From Gemmatimonadota bacterium (GTDB taxonomy: Bacteria; Gemmatimonadota; Gemmatimonadetes; Gemmatimonadales; GWC2-71-9): a stretch of DNA of 64,000 bases. Within the stretch, counting starts at the first letter, position 1; each line of letters begins with the position of its first letter. The notes below the pieces were generated by a model, which saw nothing but the letters and a program-made list of their open reading frames with translations, was not told the DNA's origin and did no database searches. Shown piece after piece: positions 18,817-28,200 of the stretch. Both the position numbers and the translations under genes were made by a program. The DNA lies in assembly GCA_031375485.1 (NCBI GenBank), contig JANMHX010000328.1:64008-128007 (forward strand). Direction: 5' to 3'.

Positions 18817-19588
18817 GCTGCTGGCCGCCGGGGCACTGGTCCTGGCCGGATGCGGGGCGGAAACCGGGCCGGCCCCGGCCGGCCTCAACGGGAGTTTCGG
18901 CGGCCGGATGTTCGGCGTCACCGACTTCTTCGGGTTGTCGCTCCGGGAGTCGGGCGGCGTCATCACCGGCTCCGCCTGGTCCAGTATCTCGGCGACCCTG
19001 GATCGAAGCGCGCGAGTCACCGGATCGTTGGCGGGGAAGACCGTCGCGCTTCGGCTCAAAGGGCCGGCCGGCCAGCCCGACTGGTTCTTCAACGGTACCT
19101 GGGACGCGGATTCCCTTCGGGGCGAAGTGGCGATCGTGGTAGGGCGGGGCTTCAACGTCGATTTGGGCCGAGTCGACACGATCCCCAGCGGGAACGCCAC
19201 GATCGCCGTCCGCGGCGCCGAGACGAGCGACGCCGCCGGGCGGGCGCTGTTCGGCTACGACCAGAATGACAATTACGCCCCCGTGCTGGCCATCGAGACC
19301 GGCCCGCCGTTTGCCGCGCTCGTGTCTTTCAAGTGGCCGGGGCGAGTCCGCCCCGGCGTCGGTGATGTCCCACTTGGGGAATCGTCGCGCCCGGCCGTTT
19401 TCTTCCTCCGCGACCAGAACAGTGGCAATCCGATCAGCTACACCGTCACCGGAGGGACGCTCCGGATCGAGCATGCGAACCGGTTCACTCTGGCCGGGCG
19501 GATCGAGTTGACCGCGCGAAGCCCGTCCGGCGGTGTCGTGACCGTGACCGGGACCTACAGCGCCGGTTGCGTCTTCGGATACTGCTGA
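18803..19588 (+). CDS. hypothetical lipoprotein
   Basis: Lipoprotein signal MSAGRLLAAGALVLAGCGAE. It overlaps the preceding lipoprotein gene. It was preferred over the long antisense ORFs, which lack motifs. Confidence 0.6.
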   Translation: MSAGRLLAAGALVLAGCGAETGPAPAGLNGSFGGRMFGVTDFFGLSLRESGGVITGSAWSSISATLDRSARVTGSLAGKTVALRLKGPAGQPDWFFNGTWDADSLRGEVAIVVGRGFNVDLGRVDTIPSGNATIAVRGAETSDAAGRALFGYDQNDNYAPVLAIETGPPFAALVSFKWPGRVRPGVGDVPLGESSRPAVFFLRDQNSGNPISYTVTGGTLRIEHANRFTLAGRIELTARSPSGGVVTVTGTYSAGCVFGYC

Positions 19589-19712
19589 TCCTGCGCGCGC
19601 GACGACCAACGCGGCCCGGCTCTGAATCCCAAGCGCCTGGGCATCCGTCAGGAGAAAGGTATTGCCCTAGAACCTGAGTCCGATGACCTCGACCCCCCGC
19701 ACAGGGAGGCCC

Positions 19713-21398
19713 ATGCTTCGTTCGTCACGCCAGGCCCGCGCTTCGCTGGTCGCTTTGCTTCTCGTGGTGCTGACCCGGGCCGCCTTCGGGCAGGGAAGGG
19801 GGACGGTCGCCTTCCGCGACGTCAACCTGATGCCGATGACATGCCAGTGCATCCTACCTCACCAGGTCGTGGTCGTATCAGGCGGGGCAATCGGACGAGT
19901 TGGCCCGCTCGGCCAGGTGGCTATCCCTCGCGGGGCCCGGATCATCGAGGGCCGGGGGAAGACCTGGCTCCTTCCCGGCCTCGCCGACATGCACGTCCAC
20001 ACCGCTGACGCCGAGGAACTGCCGCTCTACCTCGCGAACGGCGTCACCACCATTCTCAACCTCGGCGATGGCGCCGGGCACCCGAGCGGGCAGCTACGCG
20101 ACCTCGTCCGAGCCGGCCGGGTCGACGGACCGACGATTTTTGCCGCCCTGTTCCTCGACGGCCCCGGTGGTGGCGGGCTCATCGTTACGACCGACTCGGC
20201 GGCCCGGGCCGCGGTTCGGTGGGGCAAGGAGCGCGGGTATCAGTTCGTCAAGGTCTATAACTCGCTGTCCGCTCCGGTCTACCGCGCCATCCTCGCGGAG
20301 GCCGCGACGCTCGGTCTCGGCGTCACCGGCCACGGGGTCCGCTCGATTCCGTTGCCCGAGGCGCTGGCGGGTGGACAGTCGCTCGTCGTCCACGGCGAGG
20401 AGTACCTCTACACGGTCCTCCGCAACACGACCCGTGCCGACGAGATCGAGGCCGCGGCCGGCATGACCCGACAGGCGGGCGGATCGCTGATCCCCAATCT
20501 GTCGGCCTACGAAGTGATCGCCCGGCAGTGGGGGTCGCCATCAGTGGTCGACACCCTGATGGCCCTGCCGTACGTGAAGTACCTGAGCCCGAAGAATCAG
20601 GACGAGTGGCGCCGAAGCGACTACGTCCGGCGATCGGGCAATCTCAACGGGAAACTCCCGATCCTCCGCCGCCTGACCCGCGCGATGCGGGACAGCGGAG
20701 TCCGGCTCCTGACCGGCACCGACAGCCCTGGCATTCCGGGTATGGCGCCGGGGTTCGCGCTCCATGAGGACCTCCGGACCTTGATCGAGGCGGGGATCAC
20801 GCCCTGGCAGGCGCTGACGGCAGCCACCCGGTCGCCGGGCGAATACGTCGGCCGCTTCCTTTCCGGCGAGCCGGCCTTCGGGGTGATCACCGAGGGGAGT
20901 CGCGCCGATCTGATCCTGGTGGGCGGGAACCCGATTGAAAGTTTCGCGACTCTGCGAAACCCGTTAGGCGTCATGGCCCGGGGGCGCTGGTACCCGGAGG
21001 CCGCGCTCCACGGGATGCTGGACAGTCTGGCCCGCCTGAACGCCGCCGAGCGGGCGGCCATGATCGCGGCCGGGAAACGGGCTCGCGCCGCGGGCGGCGC
21101 CGTTCTGGCCGCGGAACTCGGGTCCCGTCCGTTCCGTTTCGAGTACGCCCTCAACTCCCTTGGCTATGCCCTCATCGACGAAAAGCGGGCGGCCGACGCG
21201 GTCCCGCTGTTCGAGCTCAACAGCCGGGCATTTCCAACGTCTTCGAACGTCTGGGAGAGTCTTTGTGAGGGGTACCAGGCGATCGCCGACACCGCGCGGG
21301 CCAAGCTGAGCTGCCGGAAGGCGTTGGAGCTCGATCCCTGGAACCAGGACGCCCAGGGTGTGTTAGCTCGCCTGGCGGGGGCGCCGACTCCTCACTGA
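19713..21398 (+). CDS. secreted amidohydrolase-family metallohydrolase with C-terminal TPR-like region
   Basis: The ATG at 19713 is preceded by GGGAGG. The signal peptide is MLRSSRQARASLVALLLVVLTRAAFGQ. It has the LPGLADMHVH (HxH) metal motif, and the C-terminal ~100 aa are helical-repeat-like. Confidence 0.8.
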   Translation: MLRSSRQARASLVALLLVVLTRAAFGQGRGTVAFRDVNLMPMTCQCILPHQVVVVSGGAIGRVGPLGQVAIPRGARIIEGRGKTWLLPGLADMHVHTADAEELPLYLANGVTTILNLGDGAGHPSGQLRDLVRAGRVDGPTIFAALFLDGPGGGGLIVTTDSAARAAVRWGKERGYQFVKVYNSLSAPVYRAILAEAATLGLGVTGHGVRSIPLPEALAGGQSLVVHGEEYLYTVLRNTTRADEIEAAAGMTRQAGGSLIPNLSAYEVIARQWGSPSVVDTLMALPYVKYLSPKNQDEWRRSDYVRRSGNLNGKLPILRRLTRAMRDSGVRLLTGTDSPGIPGMAPGFALHEDLRTLIEAGITPWQALTAATRSPGEYVGRFLSGEPAFGVITEGSRADLILVGGNPIESFATLRNPLGVMARGRWYPEAALHGMLDSLARLNAAERAAMIAAGKRARAAGGAVLAAELGSRPFRFEYALNSLGYALIDEKRAADAVPLFELNSRAFPTSSNVWESLCEGYQAIADTARAKLSCRKALELDPWNQDAQGVLARLAGAPTPH

Positions 21399-21419
21399 CC
21401 AGCTTGACGCGACCGAATA

Positions 21420-23843
21420 CTATCCGTCGCCTCGAAGCGAGATCCCCGGGTCGATTCCCATACTCACCTGGGCTGGAATCAGGCTGGAGACCGTCGCCAC
21501 GCCGAGGATCAGGGCTGCCGCGAGGCCGAGGGTGATGAGGTCCGATGGGCCGACCTCGAAGAGCAAGTCGGTGAGGAGGCGGCTCGTCACCAAGGCCCCT
21601 CCGATCCCCGTCGCCGTTCCCGCCGCCGCGATCGCCAGTCCGCGACCCATGACCAGCCGGCGCATCCCGGCCGGCGTCGCGCCCAGGGCCATGCGGATCC
21701 CAAACTCCCCGGTTCGGTAGCGCACCATCGTGGCGATCACCCCGAACAAGCCGACGGCGGCGAGGATCAGCGCCGTCGCCGCGAACGCGGCCAGGAGCAT
21801 CGCGTTCAACCGGGGCTGGGCTCGCGGCTGGTCCAGCAGAGTCTCGAACGGCGAGGCGCTCGCCAAGGCAACGCCCGGGTCTCCCTCGGCGATCGCTTTT
21901 CGGACGGCCCCCACGATCGATGCCGGCGGGCCGGCCGTCCGAATCACCAAGGTCAGCGGGATCACCGGGAACGCCGCCTGGGGAAGAGGGAAATAGGCAG
22001 TCGCCCTGGCGGTGCGGAGTTCCCGGTAGCGGGTGTTCGGCACGACGCCCACCACGGTGAGCGGCGGGTCGGTCGGCCCGAACGTCAGGGTCTGGCCGAG
22101 CGGGTCGGCTCCGGGCCAGTAATGTCGCGCCGTCGACTCGCTGATGATCACCACCGGGGTACCGCCCTTGACGTCGGCGGCCGAGAACGGCCGCCCCCGG
22201 AGCACCGGGATGCCGAGCGTGGTGAAGTAGTTCGGGGCGATGACTTCCATGTTGAGCAAAGGATTCTGGGCCGACTCGTCCTTCGTTTGCCCGGGCCTGG
22301 CGAGGAATCCGGCGATTCCGAATCCGGTCGGAGCGAATGGCACGGTCAGCGCCGGTGATACGGCTTCCACCCCCGGAACCGCCGCCACCCGGGCCAGCAC
22401 GCCATCGAGGCGGGCGAGCTGTTTAGCGACGCCGTCGGCGGCCTCGACCCGGAGCGCCAGCTCGCCGATCAGGACTCGCTTTGGCTCGAAGGCCAGATCG
22501 ACCCGCTCCAGCTTGAGCAGGCTCTTCCCGATCAATCCGGCTGCGAACAGGACCATCACCGCGAGCGCGATCTGGGCGGCGACCAGCCCTTCCGTCGCGA
22601 TCCGGACCCGCCGGCCTCGTCCGCTCTGGCGCGAGCCGGCGCGAAGGACGTCGTGCAGCGTGACCCGCGATGTCGCGAACGCCGGCGCGAGGGCGAACAG
22701 CATCGTGGCCGTGGCCGTGATGCCGATCGCGGCCAGGATGGCCCCGCCGTCCACCCGGATTTCGTCGAGGCGCGGGATCTCGCCCGGCGCCATGGCAACG
22801 AAGCCCCGCACGGCGGCGAGCGCGAGGCCGACGCCGAGAACTCCGCCGGCCAGCGCGAGCAGGGCGCTCTCCGACAGCAGCTGGCCCACCAAGCGGCGCC
22901 GGCCGGCGCCGAGCGCCGATCGGACCACGAATTCCCGGCTCCGGCCGAGTCCGCGGACCAGGAGGAGATTGGCCACGTTGATGCAGGTGAGGAGCAGCAG
23001 GAGTGCGGCGGCCGCCACAAAGATCAGTACCGCCGGTTTGGTGCGGCCGAGGACCAGCGTGGGAAGTTCTTCTCCCGCACCCCGGAAGTCCCGCGACCAC
23101 GCCGGTGCCTCGGGCCGTTGGAGATAGCTCGTCAGCTCCGCTTCGGCGTCCGCTCTCGACGCGCCGGGGCGAAGCCGGCCGACCAGATGGAGCGAGACCA
23201 GGTTGAGGGAGTCGGCCGTTCCGGTGCTGGTCGCCACGAGGGGCGCCCAGAAATCGGTGGCCTCGGGATAGTCGAGTCCTTGCGGCATGACGCCGACGAT
23301 CCGGTAGGCTCGGCCGGTGTCGTGGATCCAGAGTTGGCGGCCGACGATGGCCGGGTCGCCGCCGAACCGTTGCCGCCAGGCGCGGTGGCTCAAGACGGCA
23401 ACGGGCGCGGCCCCGGGGAGGTCGTCCTCGGCTCGCAAGGCGCGGCCGAGCACCGGCGGGCTTTGGAGCACCTCGAAGAAGTTGCCGGACACCAGGGAGC
23501 GTCGGAGCCGATAGACCTGATCGCCGTCTTGGATCGTCTGGGGCGCGGAGCCGTAGTAGCCCACGAAGCCGGCCTGCTCGAGCGCGCCTCGCCGGCGGGC
23601 CATTTCCCGGATGTCGTCGAGGGCGAAGGGCCAGTCGGCGGTTTGCTCTCGGGTTTCACTCCAGAGGACGACCAGGCGGTCTTGGTCGCCCACGGGGAGG
23701 CGGCGAATCAGGATGGCGTCGGCGACCGTAAATACCGCGGTCGAGAGGCCGATGCCCAGGGCCAGCGTGAGGACGGCGGTCAGCGCAAACCCGGGCGCGC
23801 GCCGCAGGCTGCGGGCGGCGAGGGCAAAAGGGAGTTGGGTCAC
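21420..23843 (-). CDS. ABC-type permease, duplicated MacB/FtsX architecture (ADOP-type orphan permease)
   Basis: An 807-aa protein with two MacB-like periplasmic-domain/FtsX halves. The N-terminus PFALAARSLRRAPGFALTAVLTLALGIGLSTAVF is characteristic of the ADOP family. No ATPase gene is adjacent. Confidence 0.85.
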   Translation of the reverse strand: MTQLPFALAARSLRRAPGFALTAVLTLALGIGLSTAVFTVADAILIRRLPVGDQDRLVVLWSETREQTADWPFALDDIREMARRRGALEQAGFVGYYGSAPQTIQDGDQVYRLRRSLVSGNFFEVLQSPPVLGRALRAEDDLPGAAPVAVLSHRAWRQRFGGDPAIVGRQLWIHDTGRAYRIVGVMPQGLDYPEATDFWAPLVATSTGTADSLNLVSLHLVGRLRPGASRADAEAELTSYLQRPEAPAWSRDFRGAGEELPTLVLGRTKPAVLIFVAAAALLLLLTCINVANLLLVRGLGRSREFVVRSALGAGRRRLVGQLLSESALLALAGGVLGVGLALAAVRGFVAMAPGEIPRLDEIRVDGGAILAAIGITATATMLFALAPAFATSRVTLHDVLRAGSRQSGRGRRVRIATEGLVAAQIALAVMVLFAAGLIGKSLLKLERVDLAFEPKRVLIGELALRVEAADGVAKQLARLDGVLARVAAVPGVEAVSPALTVPFAPTGFGIAGFLARPGQTKDESAQNPLLNMEVIAPNYFTTLGIPVLRGRPFSAADVKGGTPVVIISESTARHYWPGADPLGQTLTFGPTDPPLTVVGVVPNTRYRELRTARATAYFPLPQAAFPVIPLTLVIRTAGPPASIVGAVRKAIAEGDPGVALASASPFETLLDQPRAQPRLNAMLLAAFAATALILAAVGLFGVIATMVRYRTGEFGIRMALGATPAGMRRLVMGRGLAIAAAGTATGIGGALVTSRLLTDLLFEVGPSDLITLGLAAALILGVATVSSLIPAQVSMGIDPGISLRGDG

Positions 23844-23861
23844 GGGAGAGCGAATTCGATG

Positions 23862-25463
23862 TTACCTGTCCCGGTGAAAGAAGTACCGGCCCTTCCACCG
23901 TGGCCGGGTGGCCTGATTGGCCACGTCATATCCAATCATCAGGTTCGCCGTCGCGTACGCCACCGCCGCATCCCAATCGATTCCTTGGTCGAACCGGTCC
24001 CGCGGCGTGTGGTGAATCCGGCCAAACCAATCCTTCAAGCCCTTCTGGTTGGCCCTGCCGGGAAAGAGCATCACCGCTGGTATCCCGGCCATCATGAATG
24101 GGTACTGATCGCTCCGGGTGAAGATGGTCATGTCCGGAAGCGGGTCCTCGCTGGCCCGGACCCCTAATCGCTTGAATGCCGACTTGGCCACATCGCCTAA
24201 CGACGAGTACGCGCCGGCGTAATCCATGAGGTCCTGAATCGGAGCGGTCAAGACCGCATTGTCGAGATTGACGTTCGCCACGATCGCCCCGATCGGAACC
24301 GGCGGCTGGTGGACGAAGTAGTCCGAGCCGAGAATCCCTTTCTCCTCGCCGGTGACCGCCAGGAAGATGACCGACCGTTTGGGCCGGCTGAGCCCGGCAA
24401 AGGCTCGCGCCAACGCCGCCACCACCGCCGTGCCGCCCCCGTTGTCGATGGCACCGTGGTAGACGCTGTCTCCGTCGACCGGACTCCCGACCCCGACGTG
24501 ATCAAGGTGCGCCGAGTAGACGACGTACTCGCGCTTCAAGACGGGGTCGGCGCCCTCGATCATTCCGATCGCGTTGTGGACGACCAGCGCCCGGTGCCGA
24601 AACTCCCCGCGAAACGCCAGGGTTACCCCGGTCGGAAACGAAGCTGGGCCCTTGAGGAGCTTCTGCAGGGTGGCATCGAACGACTGCCCCGCGGCATCGA
24701 AGAGTTTCTTGATGCCGGTGTCCGTCAAGCGGACCACGGACCCCGTTTCAAAGAAGGGGGAGTGGGCGGCCCCGGAACTGTCGGTCCACCCGAATCCCTC
24801 GAGCTGTCCAAGCTGCCGAGCGAGGATCGGCCCTGGCGCCGGCATCAGCGTGATGACGCCGACGGCTCCCCGGGACCGCGCGTTCTCCTCTTTGATCGTG
24901 AGGGCGGCGTAGTGGCCGCGCTCGTCGGGCGGTACGGACGCGGGACCTCCGAACACCATCGCCACCACCTTGCCTCGGACGTCGAGCCCGCGATAGTCAT
25001 CGTATCCCTGCTCGGGCGCGGTCACTCCCCAGCCAACGAATACGACTTCGGCGTCGAAGCTCGCTCGGTCAAGCTGCTTGTCTGGGTGGACCAAGTAGTC
25101 GACATCGAGCGCCAGCGGAACGGGAGTGCTTCGCCCGCCCAGACTCGCGCTGGTTCCCTCGGCCACCACCGTCGAGTGCCGGAGCGGAACCGGCATCAAG
25201 AACGACGTGAGGCCGCCCACCGGCTTGAGGCCGGCCTCCTCGAATTGGGATGCCACGTACTTGGCCGCGAGCTCCGCGCCCGGTTGACCGGTTTCCCGGC
25301 CCCGGAGCAAGTCATCCGACAAATACCGGATCGAGGCGGCGATCCACTCCGGCCGGACCCGGCCGATCAGCGGGTCCGTCTTTCGGGGCCCGGATTGCGC
25401 GGTGAGGACGGGGCCCGGTGTCGCAGCGGCCAGAACAAGGATCAAGGCGAGGCGGTGTGGCAT
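23862..25463 (-). CDS. M28 family metallopeptidase with PA domain, secreted
   Basis: The internal ATG at 25463 gives the signal MPHRLALILVLAAATPGPVLTAQ. Metal-site motifs are YSAHLDHVG, IDNGGGTAVV and VTGEEKGILGS. Confidence 0.85.
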   Translation of the reverse strand: MPHRLALILVLAAATPGPVLTAQSGPRKTDPLIGRVRPEWIAASIRYLSDDLLRGRETGQPGAELAAKYVASQFEEAGLKPVGGLTSFLMPVPLRHSTVVAEGTSASLGGRSTPVPLALDVDYLVHPDKQLDRASFDAEVVFVGWGVTAPEQGYDDYRGLDVRGKVVAMVFGGPASVPPDERGHYAALTIKEENARSRGAVGVITLMPAPGPILARQLGQLEGFGWTDSSGAAHSPFFETGSVVRLTDTGIKKLFDAAGQSFDATLQKLLKGPASFPTGVTLAFRGEFRHRALVVHNAIGMIEGADPVLKREYVVYSAHLDHVGVGSPVDGDSVYHGAIDNGGGTAVVAALARAFAGLSRPKRSVIFLAVTGEEKGILGSDYFVHQPPVPIGAIVANVNLDNAVLTAPIQDLMDYAGAYSSLGDVAKSAFKRLGVRASEDPLPDMTIFTRSDQYPFMMAGIPAVMLFPGRANQKGLKDWFGRIHHTPRDRFDQGIDWDAAVAYATANLMIGYDVANQATRPRWKGRYFFHRDR

Positions 25464-25467
25464 GGTT

Positions 25468-27264
25468 TCAACGATCCGGGGTGATCGGGAGGAGAAGATA
25501 GGACGCGCGCCGGCCACCGGAGTATACGGTGTTGGTTGCGGTGAGCCAGCTGGTTTCGGTAACGTTGTCGCCGCCGGTGTTGAGGTTCCGGTCGTGGAGC
25601 GGGAAATCGCTGCTCGACACCCAGAGCCGAATTCGGTGCCCCGGCGCAAAATGGTGGGCGGTGGCCTTGAGATTGACGTCGAGCCGGACCACGTGGCCCG
25701 GCGAGAGCCAGACCGGCTTCGTCATCCCGTTTCGGTACCGGGCCCGGATCACGCCGCTCGCCACATTCCAGGAGCGTCCCTCGGCATCGACGTCGATCAG
25801 TTTGGCGGTGAAGTCGGTGTCGTTGCGATCCGACGAGACGTAGAGAGTTGCCTTAACGCTCCCGGCAATGGTGACCCCGCGTTCGAGGGGCGGGGTCGAG
25901 TAGATCAGCAGATCCTTCCGCCCCTCGAGGTCGCTCTGGTCGAAGGCGCCTGGTTGGTCCTTCGGATTTCCGGTGCAGCAGACGGTCCCGCCCCGGCTCG
26001 GCACCGGATCATCGGGATCATAGCGAAAAACGTCGCGACCCGGGGCAGGGGGGCGGGTCGACAACCGCCCGTCACCCAGGAAGTACCGGGTTGGTTTAAC
26101 CGCGGGAACCGGCCAGCTCGGCGCGGTCCGCCATTCATTGAGGCCGGTCAGGTAGTACTGGACCCGCGGACGCTTGGTGACGCCGTTGTCGATGCCTTTC
26201 AGCCAGTGGTCGAACCAGTCGAGATAGATCTGGAAGTACGGCAACCGGGCATCCCCGAACTCGCGATCGCCGACCTTGGTCGGGGCGCCGGCGGCTTCGC
26301 TCAGGCAATGCGCTGTCGGTGACATGATCACGAATTGGTTGTCGCGGGCCCGGGCGGACAGCGAGGTCTGGCGCATCAGGTTGAACAAGTACATCGTCTG
26401 GTCGGGCGTCACGTCAAACCACGAGTTCACGTGCAGCGCGGGCACGTCGAACCGGTCGTCGTCCCGGACGTAGTGCATCTGGTCCCAGTAGGGATCGGCC
26501 GGAGGATGGGTGACGAAATCCTTGAAGTCCGACGGCGGGTACCCGGCCCGCTCGGCCATGGTCGCGAGCGGCAGGCTCTTCAGGACCTTGGCGAAGTCGA
26601 GATTCGCAAGGTCTCCGGTCCGGCCCTTCACTTTGGATCCCGATCCGCCCATCCACCCGAACAGGGCCGAGAGCGTGATCGTGCCGCCCTCATAGGTTCC
26701 CCAATTGGTGTAGTAGCCGCCGGCAGGCCCCATGGCGCCGGTCGAGGACTGCGGGATCATGGCCGCATGGTTCGGGTGCCGGTTCTTGGCGGCCAGCAGT
26801 TGGACTTCGCCCATATAGGAACATCCGTAGGTGCCGACCTTCGGGATTGCCCATGGCTGCTTCACGATCCAGTCGATCGCGTCGTAGCCGTCCTCGCCGT
26901 CTTTCATCTGGACGGCAAACTCGCCATTCGATTGGAATTTGCCGCGGATGTCCTGGGTCACCACGAGATAGCCCTGCCCGGCGAAGAACTTGGCCGGCTC
27001 GGTCACGAACGGCATGGCCTCTTGGTTATAGGGGGTCCGAATCAAGATGACCGGAAACCGAGGGCCTGGTAGCGTTGGGCGGAAGAGGTTGGTGGCCAGC
27101 CGCACCCCGTCGCGCATTGGGACCATGACGCCGCGTTCGATCGTGAATTCGTTCTGGGCCGCGGGAGGGGCAATCGGCGGTTGGGTTTGTCCGGCACCAG
27201 CCCGCGGCCAAAGCAACGCCAGGGTCGCGAGTGCGGCTGCGATTCTGAATCGCCGATCAAACAT
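25468..27264 (-). CDS. CocE/NonD family hydrolase (S15 X-Pro dipeptidyl-peptidase-like), secreted
   Basis: Has a signal peptide, the LIRTPYN motif, the nucleophile elbow GCSYMG, and a C-terminal beta-sandwich region typical of CocE/NonD proteins. Its stop lies 4 nt from the next gene's start. Confidence 0.85.
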   Translation of the reverse strand: MFDRRFRIAAALATLALLWPRAGAGQTQPPIAPPAAQNEFTIERGVMVPMRDGVRLATNLFRPTLPGPRFPVILIRTPYNQEAMPFVTEPAKFFAGQGYLVVTQDIRGKFQSNGEFAVQMKDGEDGYDAIDWIVKQPWAIPKVGTYGCSYMGEVQLLAAKNRHPNHAAMIPQSSTGAMGPAGGYYTNWGTYEGGTITLSALFGWMGGSGSKVKGRTGDLANLDFAKVLKSLPLATMAERAGYPPSDFKDFVTHPPADPYWDQMHYVRDDDRFDVPALHVNSWFDVTPDQTMYLFNLMRQTSLSARARDNQFVIMSPTAHCLSEAAGAPTKVGDREFGDARLPYFQIYLDWFDHWLKGIDNGVTKRPRVQYYLTGLNEWRTAPSWPVPAVKPTRYFLGDGRLSTRPPAPGRDVFRYDPDDPVPSRGGTVCCTGNPKDQPGAFDQSDLEGRKDLLIYSTPPLERGVTIAGSVKATLYVSSDRNDTDFTAKLIDVDAEGRSWNVASGVIRARYRNGMTKPVWLSPGHVVRLDVNLKATAHHFAPGHRIRLWVSSSDFPLHDRNLNTGGDNVTETSWLTATNTVYSGGRRASYLLLPITPDR

Positions 27265-27399
27265 AGCCAGCGCCTTGAACGGGACGACGGTCGGGGTCGG
27301 ACCCGAAAGGTGTCTCCCGTCGCGGCCCGTCGCAACCGCACCGAGGTACGGTCGGCCGGCTCCGAGTCGCCGTTTCAGCGATCGGCAGGCCCGGCCTGG

Positions 27400-27424
27400 C
27401 CCCGCCGCGGAATCGGCGGCGGGG
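27400..27424 (-). terminator. G+C-rich hairpin downstream of lipoprotein gene (putative terminator without U-tract)
   Basis: The sequence is CCCCGCCGC-ggaatcg-GCGGCGGGG, a 9-bp perfect stem. It lies 13 nt beyond the stop at 27438 on the minus strand. No T-run follows. Confidence 0.4.
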
Positions 27425-27437
27425 GGCCTCGTGCTGG

Positions 27438-28121
27438 CTACAGCGCCCGGAGGGTCATCGAGAATGGAAGGCTGAAGTACCCGGTAAGCGTCGGTCCCTT
27501 CCGGATCCTGGTGTCGGGGTTATAAGTCACTCCGGCGAGATCGGCGGTTCCCGGACACGATCCGTTGGAAACGACGGTCCAAGTGGTGGGGCTGGTGCGA
27601 GTGATGTACCCATAGATCGACGGGCTCGCCGCGTAGTTCTCGGTCGTGCTATGGAAGAACATCCGCGTCTGGGTGGTGGCGGTCTGATAGCCGAACGAGA
27701 CTGGATAGCAGGCCGAGGTACCGACCGCCAAGTCGGTCAGCTTCGGTTCCGGCAACACGGCCCCGTTGGTCTGATTCAGCATCTGGATCAGGCCCGTGTT
27801 TGGCACCGGTGTGAAGGGCGCTCCCGAGACCTGGACGCTGAAGTCGACGATCAGAGAACGTGAGGTTCCGCCCGGATTGAAGTGCAGGTTGCCGACGCCG
27901 TCGATGTACGAAGAGACTCCCGCCACCCCATCGATATACTCGCCGCTTCCGTCGCTTCGGATCCGGCTTCCGGCATCCGATACCGTCACGCCCAGCCGGA
28001 CATTCGGTGCCGCTCCCGTGGCAAGTTGGATCGGCACCGCCGGCGTGGGGGCGTTGGGGTTCGAATCAGTACAACCCAGCGACAAGCCTGACAGCACGAC
28101 GAGCGACAGCAGTTTCCGCAT
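27438..28121 (-). CDS. hypothetical lipoprotein (part of the CHAT/ECF locus)
   Basis: The ATG at 28121 is preceded by GGAGG at 5 nt spacing. The lipoprotein signal is MRKLLSLVVLSGLSLGC. I recognise no family. Confidence 0.65.
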   Translation of the reverse strand: MRKLLSLVVLSGLSLGCTDSNPNAPTPAVPIQLATGAAPNVRLGVTVSDAGSRIRSDGSGEYIDGVAGVSSYIDGVGNLHFNPGGTSRSLIVDFSVQVSGAPFTPVPNTGLIQMLNQTNGAVLPEPKLTDLAVGTSACYPVSFGYQTATTQTRMFFHSTTENYAASPSIYGYITRTSPTTWTVVSNGSCPGTADLAGVTYNPDTRIRKGPTLTGYFSLPFSMTLRAL

Positions 28122-28169
28122 AACGACCTCCGAAAGTGTTCTGACGAGGAAGGAAAGTGACGTTATGAA

Positions 28170-28196
28170 ATACGGATGGCGTTCGAGTCGATTGCG
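28170..28196 (-). promoter_or_regulatory. bipartite motif CGCAATCG-N11-ATCCGTAT (minus strand), candidate ECF-type promoter of lipoprotein gene 27438..28121
   Basis: The plus strand reads ATACGGAT-N11-CGATTGCG. The motif ends 48 nt upstream of the ATG at 28121. An identical copy with identical spacing lies at 29643..29669. The AAT-N16-CGT geometry resembles ECF -35/-10 elements. Confidence 0.55.
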
Positions 28197-28200
28197 CTCG

